A model generated the notes under the pieces. The model saw nothing but the letters and a program-made list of their open reading frames with translations, was not told the origin of the DNA and did no database searches. Below are positions 19,619 to 29,181 of a DNA stretch of 64,000 bases, piece by piece (within the stretch, counting starts at the first letter, position 1; each line of letters opens with the position of its first letter). Both the position numbers and the translations under genes were made by a program. Location: assembly GCA_038231275.1 (NCBI GenBank), contig JBBRLQ010000001.1:448001-512000 (forward strand), written 5' to 3'. This DNA is from Polyangiales bacterium. GTDB lineage: Bacteria > Myxococcota_A > Polyangia > Polyangiales > Polyangiaceae.

Positions 19619-20590
19619 ATGAGCCTTTCCCCTGTCATTGACGAGGCACACCGGCCTAAAGTGCGCTGGTCGATGCTCGGTGGCCTCGTCAAGACCGTTC
19701 GCCCGCACCAATGGGTCAAGAACCTGTTCGTGATGGCGCCGATGTTCTTTCACAAGGACCTCGTCACCAAGATCAACGGCACCGATTTCCTGAACATTCC
19801 CGTCGTCGGCCGGTCCTTGGTCGCGACCGGCGTGTTCTGCCTCCTGGCGGGCGCGGTCTACACCATCAACGACCTCGTCGACGTCGAGGCCGATCGCGTC
19901 CACCCGGTGAAGCGGGAGCGCCCCATCGCCAGCGGCCAGGTGTCGGAGAGCGGCGCGCGCGCCATGGCGATCGCGCTCGTCGTCGTGTCGCTGGGCCTCG
20001 CGTACCTGCTCGACTGGCGCTTCGGCGCGGTCGCGTTCGTCTACTTCGTGGAGAACCTCGCCTACTCGTTCAAGCTGAAGAAGATCGCCTACCTCGACGT
20101 CGGCCTCATCGCGTTCGGCTTCGTCTTGCGCGTCATGGCCGGCGGCTACGCGACGAACGTGACGGTCAGCGGCTACATGCTCGCCTGCACCGCGGGCATC
20201 GCGCTCTTCCTCGGCTTCGGCAAGCGCCGCCACGAGCTCGCGAGCGAGAACGCGGGCAAGCAGCGCTCGGCGCTCGAGGCCTACAGCCCGGCCGCTCTCA
20301 ACGTCGCGCTCGCCGTTACGGGCGCCGCGACCACCGTGACCTACGTCGCCTACACGCTCGACGCCGCGACGCGCGCGTTCTTCAACACGAACTACCTTTG
20401 GCTGACGGCGCCGTTCGTCGTCTTCGGGATCGTGCGCTTCCTCTTCCTCGTCTCGGGGCGCGCCGGGAGAGGCCTCAAGGCCGAGTCGCCGACGCAAGAG
20501 ATGCTCCGCGACGTTCCGCTCGTCCTTAGCGTCGTCCTTTGGATCATCGTCGTCCTCGTCATCGTGTACCGCCTGCGGCCGAGCCCTTGA
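19619..20590 (+). CDS. UbiA-family decaprenyl-phosphate phosphoribosyltransferase-like protein
   Basis: RPHQWVKN, YTINDLVDVEADRVHPVKRERPIASG, AYSFKLK, KRRHEL. Confidence 0.92.
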   Translation: MSLSPVIDEAHRPKVRWSMLGGLVKTVRPHQWVKNLFVMAPMFFHKDLVTKINGTDFLNIPVVGRSLVATGVFCLLAGAVYTINDLVDVEADRVHPVKRERPIASGQVSESGARAMAIALVVVSLGLAYLLDWRFGAVAFVYFVENLAYSFKLKKIAYLDVGLIAFGFVLRVMAGGYATNVTVSGYMLACTAGIALFLGFGKRRHELASENAGKQRSALEAYSPAALNVALAVTGAATTVTYVAYTLDAATRAFFNTNYLWLTAPFVVFGIVRFLFLVSGRAGRGLKAESPTQEMLRDVPLVLSVVLWIIVVLVIVYRLRPSP

Positions 20591-20665
20591 GTGGAGCGAA
20601 GCGCAGCGGAGCGAAGCTCTCTTGACGGGAAAGGCCTGACGGGCTTTTCCGGTCAGGCCTCGAGC
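20588..20665 (+). repeat. Dispersed intergenic repeat, copy 2 (full, with hairpin)
   Basis: First 28 nt identical to copy 1, then AGGCCTGAC..GTCAGGCCT stem-loop. Confidence 0.88.
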
Positions 20666-20749
20666 GACCGCGGCGGCGGGAATAGGGCTGGACGTTCGCG
20701 CGCTCACCTGTCGACGGGTATGCTCGATCGGAGCGAGGCGTAAAGACGA

Positions 20750-21511
20750 ATGGCCGACCTCGGCGGTGCAGCGGCGACGGGCAAGCTCTCCGACAAGCCG
20801 GGGGCGTGGGTCGATCTCGGCCTCACATTGCCCATCTTCCTCGCGTACCACGTGGGCGTCGTCTTTCTCCGCGTCCAGAACGCGACGGACATCGTCACCG
20901 CGCCGCTCCTCAAGCTCGCCGAGGGGGATCGGACGGCGTACGTCGGCATCACCGCCGGCATCGGCCTCGCGTTCGCGACGGTCTTTTGGTTCGTCGGCCG
21001 CGGCCAGGCGCTGCGACCCCGAAAATTCCTGCAGATCGCGCTGGAGGGCGTCCTCTACGCGTTCCTGATGCGCTTCGCGGCGGGCTTCGTCGTCGAGAAG
21101 ATGTTCGCCGGTAACATCAAAGAGCAGGGCCCGCTCGTCGGCCTCGTCATGTCGCTCGGCGCGGGCTTCTACGAAGAGCTCGCCTTCCGCGTCATTCTCT
21201 TTGGTGCCGGTGCCAAGCTCCTCGTGTGGCTCGTCGCGCGCGAGAAGTACAACCCGTTCACCGTCGGTTCGCGGCCATCGTTCCGCGCGATGACGCTGAT
21301 GTTCGTCTGGGCCGCCGTCGCCGCCGCGCTCTTCAGCGGCGTGCACTACCTCGGTGCGTACGGCGACGCGTTCCAGCTCACGTCGTTCACGTTCCGGATG
21401 TTCCTCGGCCTCGCGCTCACGCTCATCTACACGACGCGCGGCTTCGCGGCGGCGGTCTGGACACACGCGCTCTACGACGTGTGGGTCCTCGTCCTGCCGC
21501 ACTCCTCGTGA
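20750..21511 (+). CDS. CPBP (Abi/CAAX type II) intramembrane glutamic protease
   Basis: YEELAFR, FSGVHY, HALYD motifs in a polytopic membrane protein. Confidence 0.88.
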   Translation: MADLGGAAATGKLSDKPGAWVDLGLTLPIFLAYHVGVVFLRVQNATDIVTAPLLKLAEGDRTAYVGITAGIGLAFATVFWFVGRGQALRPRKFLQIALEGVLYAFLMRFAAGFVVEKMFAGNIKEQGPLVGLVMSLGAGFYEELAFRVILFGAGAKLLVWLVAREKYNPFTVGSRPSFRAMTLMFVWAAVAAALFSGVHYLGAYGDAFQLTSFTFRMFLGLALTLIYTTRGFAAAVWTHALYDVWVLVLPHSS

Positions 21512-21524
21512 AGGCCGAGGTTGC

Positions 21525-22742
21525 TCAGCCGTTGGTCGCGCGCTCGCGTGAGAGCTGCAGCGCGAAGACCAGGGCCACCGCCATTCCCGCGGCGGCGACG
21601 ACGTACGGCGAGCGCGGGCCGACCTCTCCATAGAGCCATCCGCCCAGCGCAGGGCCGAACGTGCGCGCGAGGCTGGCCGCCGATTGGTTGGTGCCGAGCG
21701 TGTTGCCCTGCGCCGCCGGATCCGCGCGCTTCGAGACGTACGCCGACGTGCTCGGCTGCGTGAGGCCGTTCCCCACGGCGAGGAGCGCCATCGCGGCGAA
21801 GAGCGCCTTCACGCCGACCGACGGCGCCCACGCGATCCCCGCGAAGGCGATGGCCTGGAGCGAGACGCCGGTGACGATGAGCGGCACCTCGCCGAAGCGC
21901 TTCGACAGCGGCCGAATCATCCCGCCCTGCACGAGCGCCGCCATGACACCGACCCCCGCGAGCACGAGGCCGGTCTCGACGGGCGACATCTGGAAGACGT
22001 CCTTGTTGTAGAAGCGGAACGTCTGGTCGAGGTTCGTGAAGCTCAGCACGATCAGGAAATTCACGAGTACGCACAGTGCAACGCCCGGACGCGCGAACGC
22101 CTCGCGCGCGGCCCTCACGTCGAGCGGAACGAGGCGGCGCGCGCTGACGGTGCGCTTCTCTTTCGGCAGCGACTCGGGGAGGCCCACTTGGACCCAGACG
22201 AAGTTCACGACGCTGAGCGCCGCCGCCGCGAAGCACGCGAGGGGCCCGTGGCGGCCGTTGATCGTGATGTCGCTGAGCGCGCCGCCGATGCCGGGGCCCA
22301 GGATGAAGCCGAGGCCGAACGCCATCCCGATGAGCCCCATGCCGCGCGCGCGATCTTCGGGGGCCGTCACGTCGGCGATGTACGCGCTCGCCGTGCCGAG
22401 GTTCGCCGTCGCGATGCCGCTCCAGATGCGCGCGACGAAGAGCCACACGACGCTGTTCGACCACCCGAGCGCGATGCCGAGGCCGGCCATGCCGACGAAC
22501 GTAGCCGCCACCGACACGACGATGACCGGGCGCCGGCCGATGCGATCGGAGAGCCGTCCCCACACCGGCACGAAGAGGAACTGCATGAGCGAGTAGACGG
22601 CCGCGAGGAGCGTGCCGACGAAGGCGCTCGTGTGAAACCCGTCTCGCGCCTCTTCGGCCAAGAACGGCAGCACGAGGCCGAACCCGAGGAGGTCCAGGAA
22701 CACCGTGAGGAAGATGGCTCCGAGGGACGGCTTCTTGGTCAT
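21525..22742 (-). CDS. MFS transporter, TetA/DHA1-like
   Basis: GRLSDRIGRRP motif A, GFILGPGIGG motif C, about 12 TM. Confidence 0.93.
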   Translation of the reverse strand: MTKKPSLGAIFLTVFLDLLGFGLVLPFLAEEARDGFHTSAFVGTLLAAVYSLMQFLFVPVWGRLSDRIGRRPVIVVSVAATFVGMAGLGIALGWSNSVVWLFVARIWSGIATANLGTASAYIADVTAPEDRARGMGLIGMAFGLGFILGPGIGGALSDITINGRHGPLACFAAAALSVVNFVWVQVGLPESLPKEKRTVSARRLVPLDVRAAREAFARPGVALCVLVNFLIVLSFTNLDQTFRFYNKDVFQMSPVETGLVLAGVGVMAALVQGGMIRPLSKRFGEVPLIVTGVSLQAIAFAGIAWAPSVGVKALFAAMALLAVGNGLTQPSTSAYVSKRADPAAQGNTLGTNQSAASLARTFGPALGGWLYGEVGPRSPYVVAAAGMAVALVFALQLSRERATNG

Positions 22743-23515
22743 GAAGCGGAAGGACGAATACCACGGCCGACGCGTCTCGCGCGGACGAAGGCCTCACGGT
22801 TGCCCTTGGGCCCCTCGATGACGCAGTCGGCCTCGCCGACGATCTCGAAGCCGGCTTCGCGCACCTCGGCGACGGCGGCGCCGATCGCGGCGCGACGGAC
22901 CTCCTCGTCGCGGACGACGCCCTTTCCGCGCGTCGCTTCTTCGCGACCGACCTCGAACTGCGGCTTGATCAAGGCGACGAGCTCGCCGCCTTCCTTGGTG
23001 CAGCGGGCGACGGCCTCCATCAGCTTGCCGAGGCCGATGAACGATGCGTCGACCACCGTGAGATCGACCTCGCCGCCGAGCGCCGCGGGCTCGAGGGTTC
23101 GCGCGTTGGTGCGCTCCATCACGCCGACGCGAGGATCGACGCGCAGCTTGTGCGCGAGCTGTCCGTAGCCGACGTCGACCGCGAAGACGCGTGCCGCGCC
23201 GCGCTGGAGGAGGCAGTCGGTGAAGCCGCCGGTCGACGCGCCGAGGTCGAGGCACACCAGCTCGTCGACCTTCATCGCGAACGCGTCGAGGGCGCCCGCG
23301 AGCTTGACGCCGCCCCGCGAGACGTACGGGTGCGCTGCTCCTTTCACCTCGACGAGCGCGTCCTCGGGGACCGTGGCGCCCGCTTTGTCGACGCGCGCGT
23401 CGCCGACCCGGACGTTGCCCGCGAGGATCATCGCTTGTGCGCGCGCGCGCGTCTCCGCGAGTCCGCGCGTGACGAGGAGCTGATCGATGCGGACCTTGGG
23501 GACGCGCGCCGTCAC
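22739..23515 (-). CDS. tlyA: TlyA family rRNA methyltransferase
   Basis: S4 domain, YVSRGGVKL, LDLGASTGGFTDCLLQRGA, LIKPQFE. Confidence 0.96.
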   Translation of the reverse strand: MTARVPKVRIDQLLVTRGLAETRARAQAMILAGNVRVGDARVDKAGATVPEDALVEVKGAAHPYVSRGGVKLAGALDAFAMKVDELVCLDLGASTGGFTDCLLQRGAARVFAVDVGYGQLAHKLRVDPRVGVMERTNARTLEPAALGGEVDLTVVDASFIGLGKLMEAVARCTKEGGELVALIKPQFEVGREEATRGKGVVRDEEVRRAAIGAAVAEVREAGFEIVGEADCVIEGPKGNREAFVRARRVGRGIRPSAS

Positions 23516-24378
23516 GGGACCTTCGCCTCCGGGTGCACCGCGCGCGCGAGCTGCGCGAGGCCCTCGCCGATGCGCGGACCGGGCCGCAGCACCGCCTCGT
23601 CCGTCAGCGCGACGACGCGCCCTTCTTTCACCGCGCGTAGCTCTCGCCAGCCGGGCGTCGCCGTTGTGATCCGTTCGGCGCCGTGGGCCTCCGCGATCGC
23701 CGCGTTGAGGACGACGTCCGGATCGAGGCGGAGCGCGGTCTCGATGCCGATCGTCGGATACCCCTTTCCGTCGACGATCACGTTGACGGCGCCGGCGTGG
23801 GCGAGCATCTCGTCGGGGAACGAGCGCGGCCCCGCGACGACGATCGGCTCGAGGCCGAAGACGAGCAGCGCCTTCTTGCGAGGCCGTCCTGCCGTCGCCG
23901 CCTCCACCGCCGCGATGCGCGCGTGCATGCGATCGACCAGCGCGCGCGCGCCCTCCGCGTGGGAGGTGCGATTGCCGAGGCCGAGGATCATCGCGTCGAT
24001 CTCCGCGAACGATTCGGTCTCCGGAAAGAACGTGGCGATGCCGCGCGCGCCGAGCGCGTCCACGACGCCGCTCCCCGACGGCCCGCGCGCGCCGGTGACC
24101 AGCGAAGGCTCGAGCGCGAGGATCGCTTCTTGGTTCGGATCCACGTACCCGCCGACCTGCGGCAGCGCGAGCGCCTCCGCCGGGTAGTCGCAGTACCGCG
24201 AGCGCCCCACCATCGCGCTGCCTGCGCCGATCGCGAAGAGCGCCTCGGTCGTCGACGGCGAGAGCGAGACCACGCGCGGCCGCGAGCTCGTACGCGCTCC
24301 TCCTTTGGGACAGCCGACGACAAGGAGACTCGCCGCCGTCGCGAGCAACGCGAGCGCGAGGATCGCGCGGCGGGTCAC
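23512..24378 (-). CDS. BtuF-like periplasmic cobalamin/iron-chelate binding lipoprotein
   Basis: Start re-chosen GTG 24378; lipobox VVGC; RVVSLSPSTTEALFAIG, CDYP, RPGPRI. Confidence 0.88.
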   Translation of the reverse strand: MTRRAILALALLATAASLLVVGCPKGGARTSSRPRVVSLSPSTTEALFAIGAGSAMVGRSRYCDYPAEALALPQVGGYVDPNQEAILALEPSLVTGARGPSGSGVVDALGARGIATFFPETESFAEIDAMILGLGNRTSHAEGARALVDRMHARIAAVEAATAGRPRKKALLVFGLEPIVVAGPRSFPDEMLAHAGAVNVIVDGKGYPTIGIETALRLDPDVVLNAAIAEAHGAERITTATPGWRELRAVKEGRVVALTDEAVLRPGPRIGEGLAQLARAVHPEAKVP

Positions 24379-24821
24379 GTCGCGTCGGCGCGCACGGTCA
24401 TCACGGGGATGTGCGCATGGCGAACGACGTGCTCCGCGACGCTGCCGAGCAGGCCTCGCGCGATGCCCGTACGTCCGTGAGTTCCCATCACGATCAGCTC
24501 CGCGCCTAGGTGACGCGCGGCGCCGAGGATCTCGTCCCACACGATGCCCTCGCGCAGCTCCGTGTCGATGGGAACGCCGGAAGAGGCCTTCGCTTCCGCC
24601 AACCGCGCCAACGCGTCGCGCGCCGTCGTGCGCGCGCGACTGGACGGGTTCGGTCCGTCGTAGAACAGCTCCTGCGGGACGTTCCCCAGACGGAAGGGCT
24701 CGACGTGCAAGATCGTGATGCTCGCCTGCAGATTCTTCGCGAAGCGGATCGCCGTATCGAGCGCCGCCCCGCTGAAATGGTCGAAGTCCACGGGAACGAG
24801 AATCCTCTTGATGGGTTCCAT
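24375..24821 (-). CDS. Universal stress protein
   Basis: RILVPVDF..., LIVMGTHGRTG..LLGSVAEHVVRHA.PV. Confidence 0.95.
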   Translation of the reverse strand: MEPIKRILVPVDFDHFSGAALDTAIRFAKNLQASITILHVEPFRLGNVPQELFYDGPNPSSRARTTARDALARLAEAKASSGVPIDTELREGIVWDEILGAARHLGAELIVMGTHGRTGIARGLLGSVAEHVVRHAHIPVMTVRADAT

Positions 24822-24872
24822 GCCAGCTCCAGTGCAAGCGCCGTGCGCGCCGACACGTGTCATACTCGACCC

Positions 24873-25538
24873 ATGCGCCTGCGCACACCCCACGTTTCGG
24901 CCCGGGTTCTTCTTCTGTCGCTCGCGCATGTGCTCGTGGTCGCGGCGTGCTCCGGCTCGACGACCACCATCGGCGGGGAGCCCCCTTCCGACGACGGCGG
25001 CTCGTCCGATGGAGGCGCGAACGGAGACGCGACGAGCAGCGGAAGCAGTGGGACGAGCGGGACCAGTGGGACCAGCGGGACCAGCGGGACCAGCGGGACG
25101 AGCGGGACCAGCGGGAGCGGGGACGCCTCGTCAGGCGGCCGCGTCGACGCGAAGATATCGATCACGCAGCTCTCCGAGGCCTGCCAGCCGCCGATCGCCA
25201 ACGATCCCGTCACGATGATCGGGACGCTCACGCTCACCAACGGTACGACCGCGACGGTGGGACCGGGCGCCGTCAGCGGAGGCGCGTTCCTCGATCAAGG
25301 CTCGGGCAAAGTCGTCGCCGGCTACAACTTCGACAAGAACGGTGTGCCGGCGATCCCCCCGGGCGGCAGCGCGGTCGTCAACCTCGTGAAGACCAGCGGC
25401 AGCCTGAACCCCGCCAACGGGTGCCAGGTCCTCTCGTGCGGCAAGCAGTACATCGTCGAGATCGCGGTCATCGGCACCGGCGTACCTTCCGGCACCAAGC
25501 TCCGGACCAACCCGATCACGGTGACCTGCACGAACTGA
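24873..25538 (+). CDS. Lipoprotein with (SGT)n linker
   Basis: Lipobox VAAC, Ser/Gly/Thr linker, Cys-containing beta domain. Confidence 0.72.
   Translation: MRLRTPHVSARVLLLSLAHVLVVAACSGSTTTIGGEPPSDDGGSSDGGANGDATSSGSSGTSGTSGTSGTSGTSGTSGTSGSGDASSGGRVDAKISITQLSEACQPPIANDPVTMIGTLTLTNGTTATVGPGAVSGGAFLDQGSGKVVAGYNFDKNGVPAIPPGGSAVVNLVKTSGSLNPANGCQVLSCGKQYIVEIAVIGTGVPSGTKLRTNPITVTCTN
25047..25109 (+). repeat. 9-bp coding tandem repeat (AGYGGGACS x7)
   Basis: Encodes SGT seven times. Confidence 0.9.
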
Positions 25539-25566
25539 GTGGAGCGAAGCGCAGCCGAGCGAAACG
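25536..25566 (+). repeat. Dispersed intergenic repeat, copy 3 (truncated)
   Basis: TGAGTGGAGCGAAGCGCAGCCGAGCGAAACG; one mismatch to copy 1; lacks the hairpin. Confidence 0.85.
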
Positions 25567-25576
25567 CCCCTGACGC

Positions 25577-26266
25577 TCAGTTCGTGTGAACGCCGTTCAT
25601 CAGGTTCGGCAACGCGGGGCGCAGATCGAAGATCGTCTCCGGCTCGTCCGCGTCGAGCTCCGAGAAGACGCGCGCGAGGTTGTCGGGGTTCTCGCGCCAG
25701 ACATGCTCGGCGCGTCGACGAAGGCGCGCGAGGGCGGTCGTCCATTTGTGGAGGAGGCCGTCGCGCGCGTCGATCGCCCGCGCGTACTCTTTTTGTGCGG
25801 CCGCCGCTCGCCCGCTCGCCGTCGCGATGCCGCGCGCCGCGTCCGCGCACGCGCCGAGCGCCTTGCGAACCGTCGCGGGCATCTTCACCTTCTTGAGGCG
25901 GAGCACGATTCGCTGCACCTCGGCGGCAGCGCGGACCGGCTCGAGGGCGACGATCTGCGACGGGCGCATCGGCGAGACACCGGCGAACGCGTCCTTCTCC
26001 GGACCCAGCCCCGCCGCAGCCATTCGCTTGCCGAGCGTGAGCACCGCGCGCTCGAGCGAGCCGTCCGCGCGTCCCACCGCGGACAGCGCGGCGTCGCGTC
26101 GCTCGCGCGCGAGGTGCGCGCGTCGAGTTGCCGTCGCGAGACCTCCTTGCGCAGACTTGAACGCGCGCACGTGACGCGTCAGCTCCGGCGGAACGTATGT
26201 CTCCTCGAGCCGCTCGAGGATGACCTCGCCCCACGCTCTCTGCCGAAGGAGGGTCCGCCGCGCCAT
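25577..26266 (-). CDS. Hypothetical basic alpha-helical protein
   Basis: ORF fills the gap downstream of the response regulator; no motif recognised; start uncertain. Confidence 0.6.
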   Translation of the reverse strand: MARRTLLRQRAWGEVILERLEETYVPPELTRHVRAFKSAQGGLATATRRAHLARERRDAALSAVGRADGSLERAVLTLGKRMAAAGLGPEKDAFAGVSPMRPSQIVALEPVRAAAEVQRIVLRLKKVKMPATVRKALGACADAARGIATASGRAAAAQKEYARAIDARDGLLHKWTTALARLRRRAEHVWRENPDNLARVFSELDADEPETIFDLRPALPNLMNGVHTN

Positions 26267-26311
26267 CGCACGGGGATCTTTCCCAAAATGCCGCGCGCGA
26301 CGCAAGCGCCT

Positions 26312-27682
26312 TCAGCGCTCGATGAGGCCGTACTTGTGGAGCTTCTCGATGAGCGCCGGTCGCGACACGCCGAGCCGCCGCGCCGTCTCGCTCTGGTTCT
26401 TGGTCGCCGCCTCGAACTCGGCGGCGATGATGCTGCGCTCGAAGCCCTCGACACGCCCGCGTAGCGGGTGGCTGGGGCCCGGATCGCCGATCGCGTTCGA
26501 GAGCCGCTGGCCGGAGCCTTTGTCGCGCGGGTCTTCGAGCGATCGCCAAAGCGCGAGCGTGAGGCGATCGTCCGGCGCGAGCGCGAGGAGGCGCGCGATC
26601 GTGTTCTCGAGCTCCCGCACGTTGCCGGGCCACTGGTGTACGCGGAACGCCTCGACCAGCGCCGGCTCCACGTCGACCTGCCCCATCCCGTACCGATCGG
26701 CGTACGAGCGCACGAAGGTGGCGACGAGCGGGTCGATGTCCTCGACGCGCTCGCGCAGCGGAGGGACACGGATCGGGACGACGTTGAGGCGGTAGAACAA
26801 GTCCTCGCGGAAGCGCCCGGCCTTGGCCTCGGCGGCGAGATCGCGGTTGGTCGCGGCGACGAGGCGGACGTCGACCTTTTCGGTGCGTCCGCCGACCGGC
26901 TGCACCTCGCCCGACTGGAGTGCGCGGAGAATCTTGGCCTGCATCGCCAGCGGCAGCTCGCCGATCTCGTCGATGAAGAGGGTGCCGTGCTCGGCTTGAT
27001 GGAAGTAGCCGACGCGCGCGTTGACGGCGCCGGTGAACGCGCCCTTCGTGTGGCCGAAGAGCTCCGCCTCGGCGAGCTCGCTCGGGATCGCGGCGGCGTT
27101 GAAGCGAATGAACGGCTTGTCGGCGCGCCGCGAGTGCGCGTGAAGTGCCGTCGCCATCACGTCCTTGCCGGCGCCGCTCTCGCCGGTGAGGAGCACTGTC
27201 ACGTCCTTGGGCGCGACGCGCGCGACCATGTCGAGCACGCGCTGCATCGCCGGGCTGCGCGTCGCGATGGCGCGGCCCAGCGCGTTCTCCGTCCGTAAAC
27301 GTGCATTCTGCAACCGCAGCTCGCGCGTCTCGATCGCGCGCTTCACGGCGAGGACGAGCTCGTCGGGATCGAAGGGCTTGGGGATGTAGTCCCACGCGCC
27401 CGCCTTCATCGCCGCCACCGCCACGCGCTCGGAGCCGTGCGCCGTGAGCATGAGCACCGGCACGCCCGGATCGAGCGCGCGCATCTGCTCGAGCACCTTC
27501 ATCCCGTCGACGTCGGGCATCGCGAGATCGGTCACGACGACGTCTGCGCCGCGCGCCTCGAACGCCGCGACGCCCTTCGCGCCGCCGTCCTGCACTTCGA
27601 CCGTGAGCCCGCCATCGCTGAGCACGGCCTCCAGCGTGTACCGGAGCGACGCGTCGTCATCGATGACGAGGACTCGACTCAT
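26312..27682 (-). CDS. Sigma54-dependent response regulator (NtrC family)
   Basis: REC domain, GESGAGKD, GAFTGA, FIDEIGE, FREDLFYRLNV, WPGNVRELEN, C-terminal HTH. Confidence 0.96.
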   Translation of the reverse strand: MSRVLVIDDDASLRYTLEAVLSDGGLTVEVQDGGAKGVAAFEARGADVVVTDLAMPDVDGMKVLEQMRALDPGVPVLMLTAHGSERVAVAAMKAGAWDYIPKPFDPDELVLAVKRAIETRELRLQNARLRTENALGRAIATRSPAMQRVLDMVARVAPKDVTVLLTGESGAGKDVMATALHAHSRRADKPFIRFNAAAIPSELAEAELFGHTKGAFTGAVNARVGYFHQAEHGTLFIDEIGELPLAMQAKILRALQSGEVQPVGGRTEKVDVRLVAATNRDLAAEAKAGRFREDLFYRLNVVPIRVPPLRERVEDIDPLVATFVRSYADRYGMGQVDVEPALVEAFRVHQWPGNVRELENTIARLLALAPDDRLTLALWRSLEDPRDKGSGQRLSNAIGDPGPSHPLRGRVEGFERSIIAAEFEAATKNQSETARRLGVSRPALIEKLHKYGLIER

Positions 27683-27689
27683 GGTCGTC

Positions 27690-29147
27690 TCACGACGCGG
27701 CGGGCGTCTCGGGCAGCTTGGTCGCCGCCGTGGCCGGAGCCGCGCCGACCTCGGGCTCGGACTCGTCGCGACACGGGTTGGGCAGGCGCTTGGCGGCCTT
27801 CGCCTTGAGGGCGCACACCGGCAGCTCGATCCGCGCGACGGTGCCCTGGCCGACGTGGCTCTCGTACTCGAGCTTGCCGCCATGCTGCTCGATGAGGCCG
27901 CGCGCGACGGCGATGCCGAGGCCGGAGCCTCCTTTGCGCGTCGTGTAGTACGGCTTGCGGATGCGATCGAGCACCTCGGTCGACATGCCGGCGCCGCGAT
28001 CGCTCACTTTGATGCACGCGCCCCAGCCGCACGACTTGGCGATCTCGACGGTCACGGTCTCGCCGGTCGGCGACGCCTGCATCGCGTTCAAGACGAGGTT
28101 GAGGAGCGCCTGACGGAGCTTGCGGTTGTCGGCGTTGAGGACGAACTCCTCGTTGCCGGTGACGGCGAGCGTGACGCCGAGCTCGGTCGCGCGCGTCTCG
28201 AGGAGCACCGACAGCTCGCGCGCGATCTCGAAGGGGCGCGTCGGGCCGAGGTTCAGCTCGTCGAGGCCGCGCGAGAACGAGAGGAAGCCGTCGACGATAG
28301 ACTGCAACCGATCGGTCTCGGCCGCGACGATCGAGAGCCGCTCCGCCGTCTTCGGATCGGTCGCCTGGCGCGCCATCAGCGTCGACAGGCCCTTGATCGC
28401 GGCGAGCGGGTTCTTCACCTCGTGCGCGAGGCGCGCCGCGATGCCCTCGAGCGCGCGCGTTCGGTCCTCGGTGTCGGTGCACGCTTCTTCGCGACGGGTG
28501 GCGAGCTCCAGCGCGACGCGCTCGTAGAGGAACGAGATGCGGCGGCCTGCCGAATAGATCGACTTGCCGACGAACGCGACGCTCATGGCCGCCAGGAACA
28601 CGAACTCCGGCGTCGGCAGCGGGCCGGTCGGGACGAGCGGCGGCGCGAGCTCACCGAGGAAGGTGCGCGACGCGATCGCGAAGATCGTCAGACCGCCGAC
28701 CATCGTGAAGAGGATGATGCGCCGCGCGCGCTGCGAGATCGGCGTGAGCGTCGCGCCCACGATGATCGGCATCCCGGTGATCAGCATCGGGCTGGCGAAG
28801 CCGCCGGTGTTGCCGATCGAGACGAGGAAGAGCAGCGTCCCGATCATCATCCCGCTCGGGGCCGAGCACGCACGCCGCGGGCTCCGGACTTGCTGAACGA
28901 GCAGGCCGATCGAGATGAGCACGGCGGCGCTCTGTACGAGCGCGCGGCCCGGCGGCGCGCCGCGGAGAATGAGGACGAGCAGCGTCGCGACGTTGAACGG
29001 GACGATGCCCCACATCTTCCAGCGCGCGACGGCCTGGGCCATCTCGTCGAACATCTGCGTCCGCAACGCTTCGAAGCGCGCGCGATGACGGAGGTCGGCG
29101 TGGGGGACGGGGCTCATCTCTGGGTTCGATGACGGAGCAAGGTCCAT
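27690..29147 (-). CDS. Membrane sensor histidine kinase
   Basis: Several TMs; LAHEVKNPL, NLVLNA, DRGAGM, GSGLG; start 29147 or 29117. Confidence 0.94.
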   Translation of the reverse strand: MDLAPSSNPEMSPVPHADLRHRARFEALRTQMFDEMAQAVARWKMWGIVPFNVATLLVLILRGAPPGRALVQSAAVLISIGLLVQQVRSPRRACSAPSGMMIGTLLFLVSIGNTGGFASPMLITGMPIIVGATLTPISQRARRIILFTMVGGLTIFAIASRTFLGELAPPLVPTGPLPTPEFVFLAAMSVAFVGKSIYSAGRRISFLYERVALELATRREEACTDTEDRTRALEGIAARLAHEVKNPLAAIKGLSTLMARQATDPKTAERLSIVAAETDRLQSIVDGFLSFSRGLDELNLGPTRPFEIARELSVLLETRATELGVTLAVTGNEEFVLNADNRKLRQALLNLVLNAMQASPTGETVTVEIAKSCGWGACIKVSDRGAGMSTEVLDRIRKPYYTTRKGGSGLGIAVARGLIEQHGGKLEYESHVGQGTVARIELPVCALKAKAAKRLPNPCRDESEPEVGAAPATAATKLPETPAAS

Positions 29148-29181
29148 GCGCGCGCGGGAGACGCGAAACCGCATGGATTTC

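Noticed and set aside
22739-23515. TlyA as hemolysin/virulence factor
   Set aside because: Motifs fit the housekeeping rRNA methyltransferase; no supporting context
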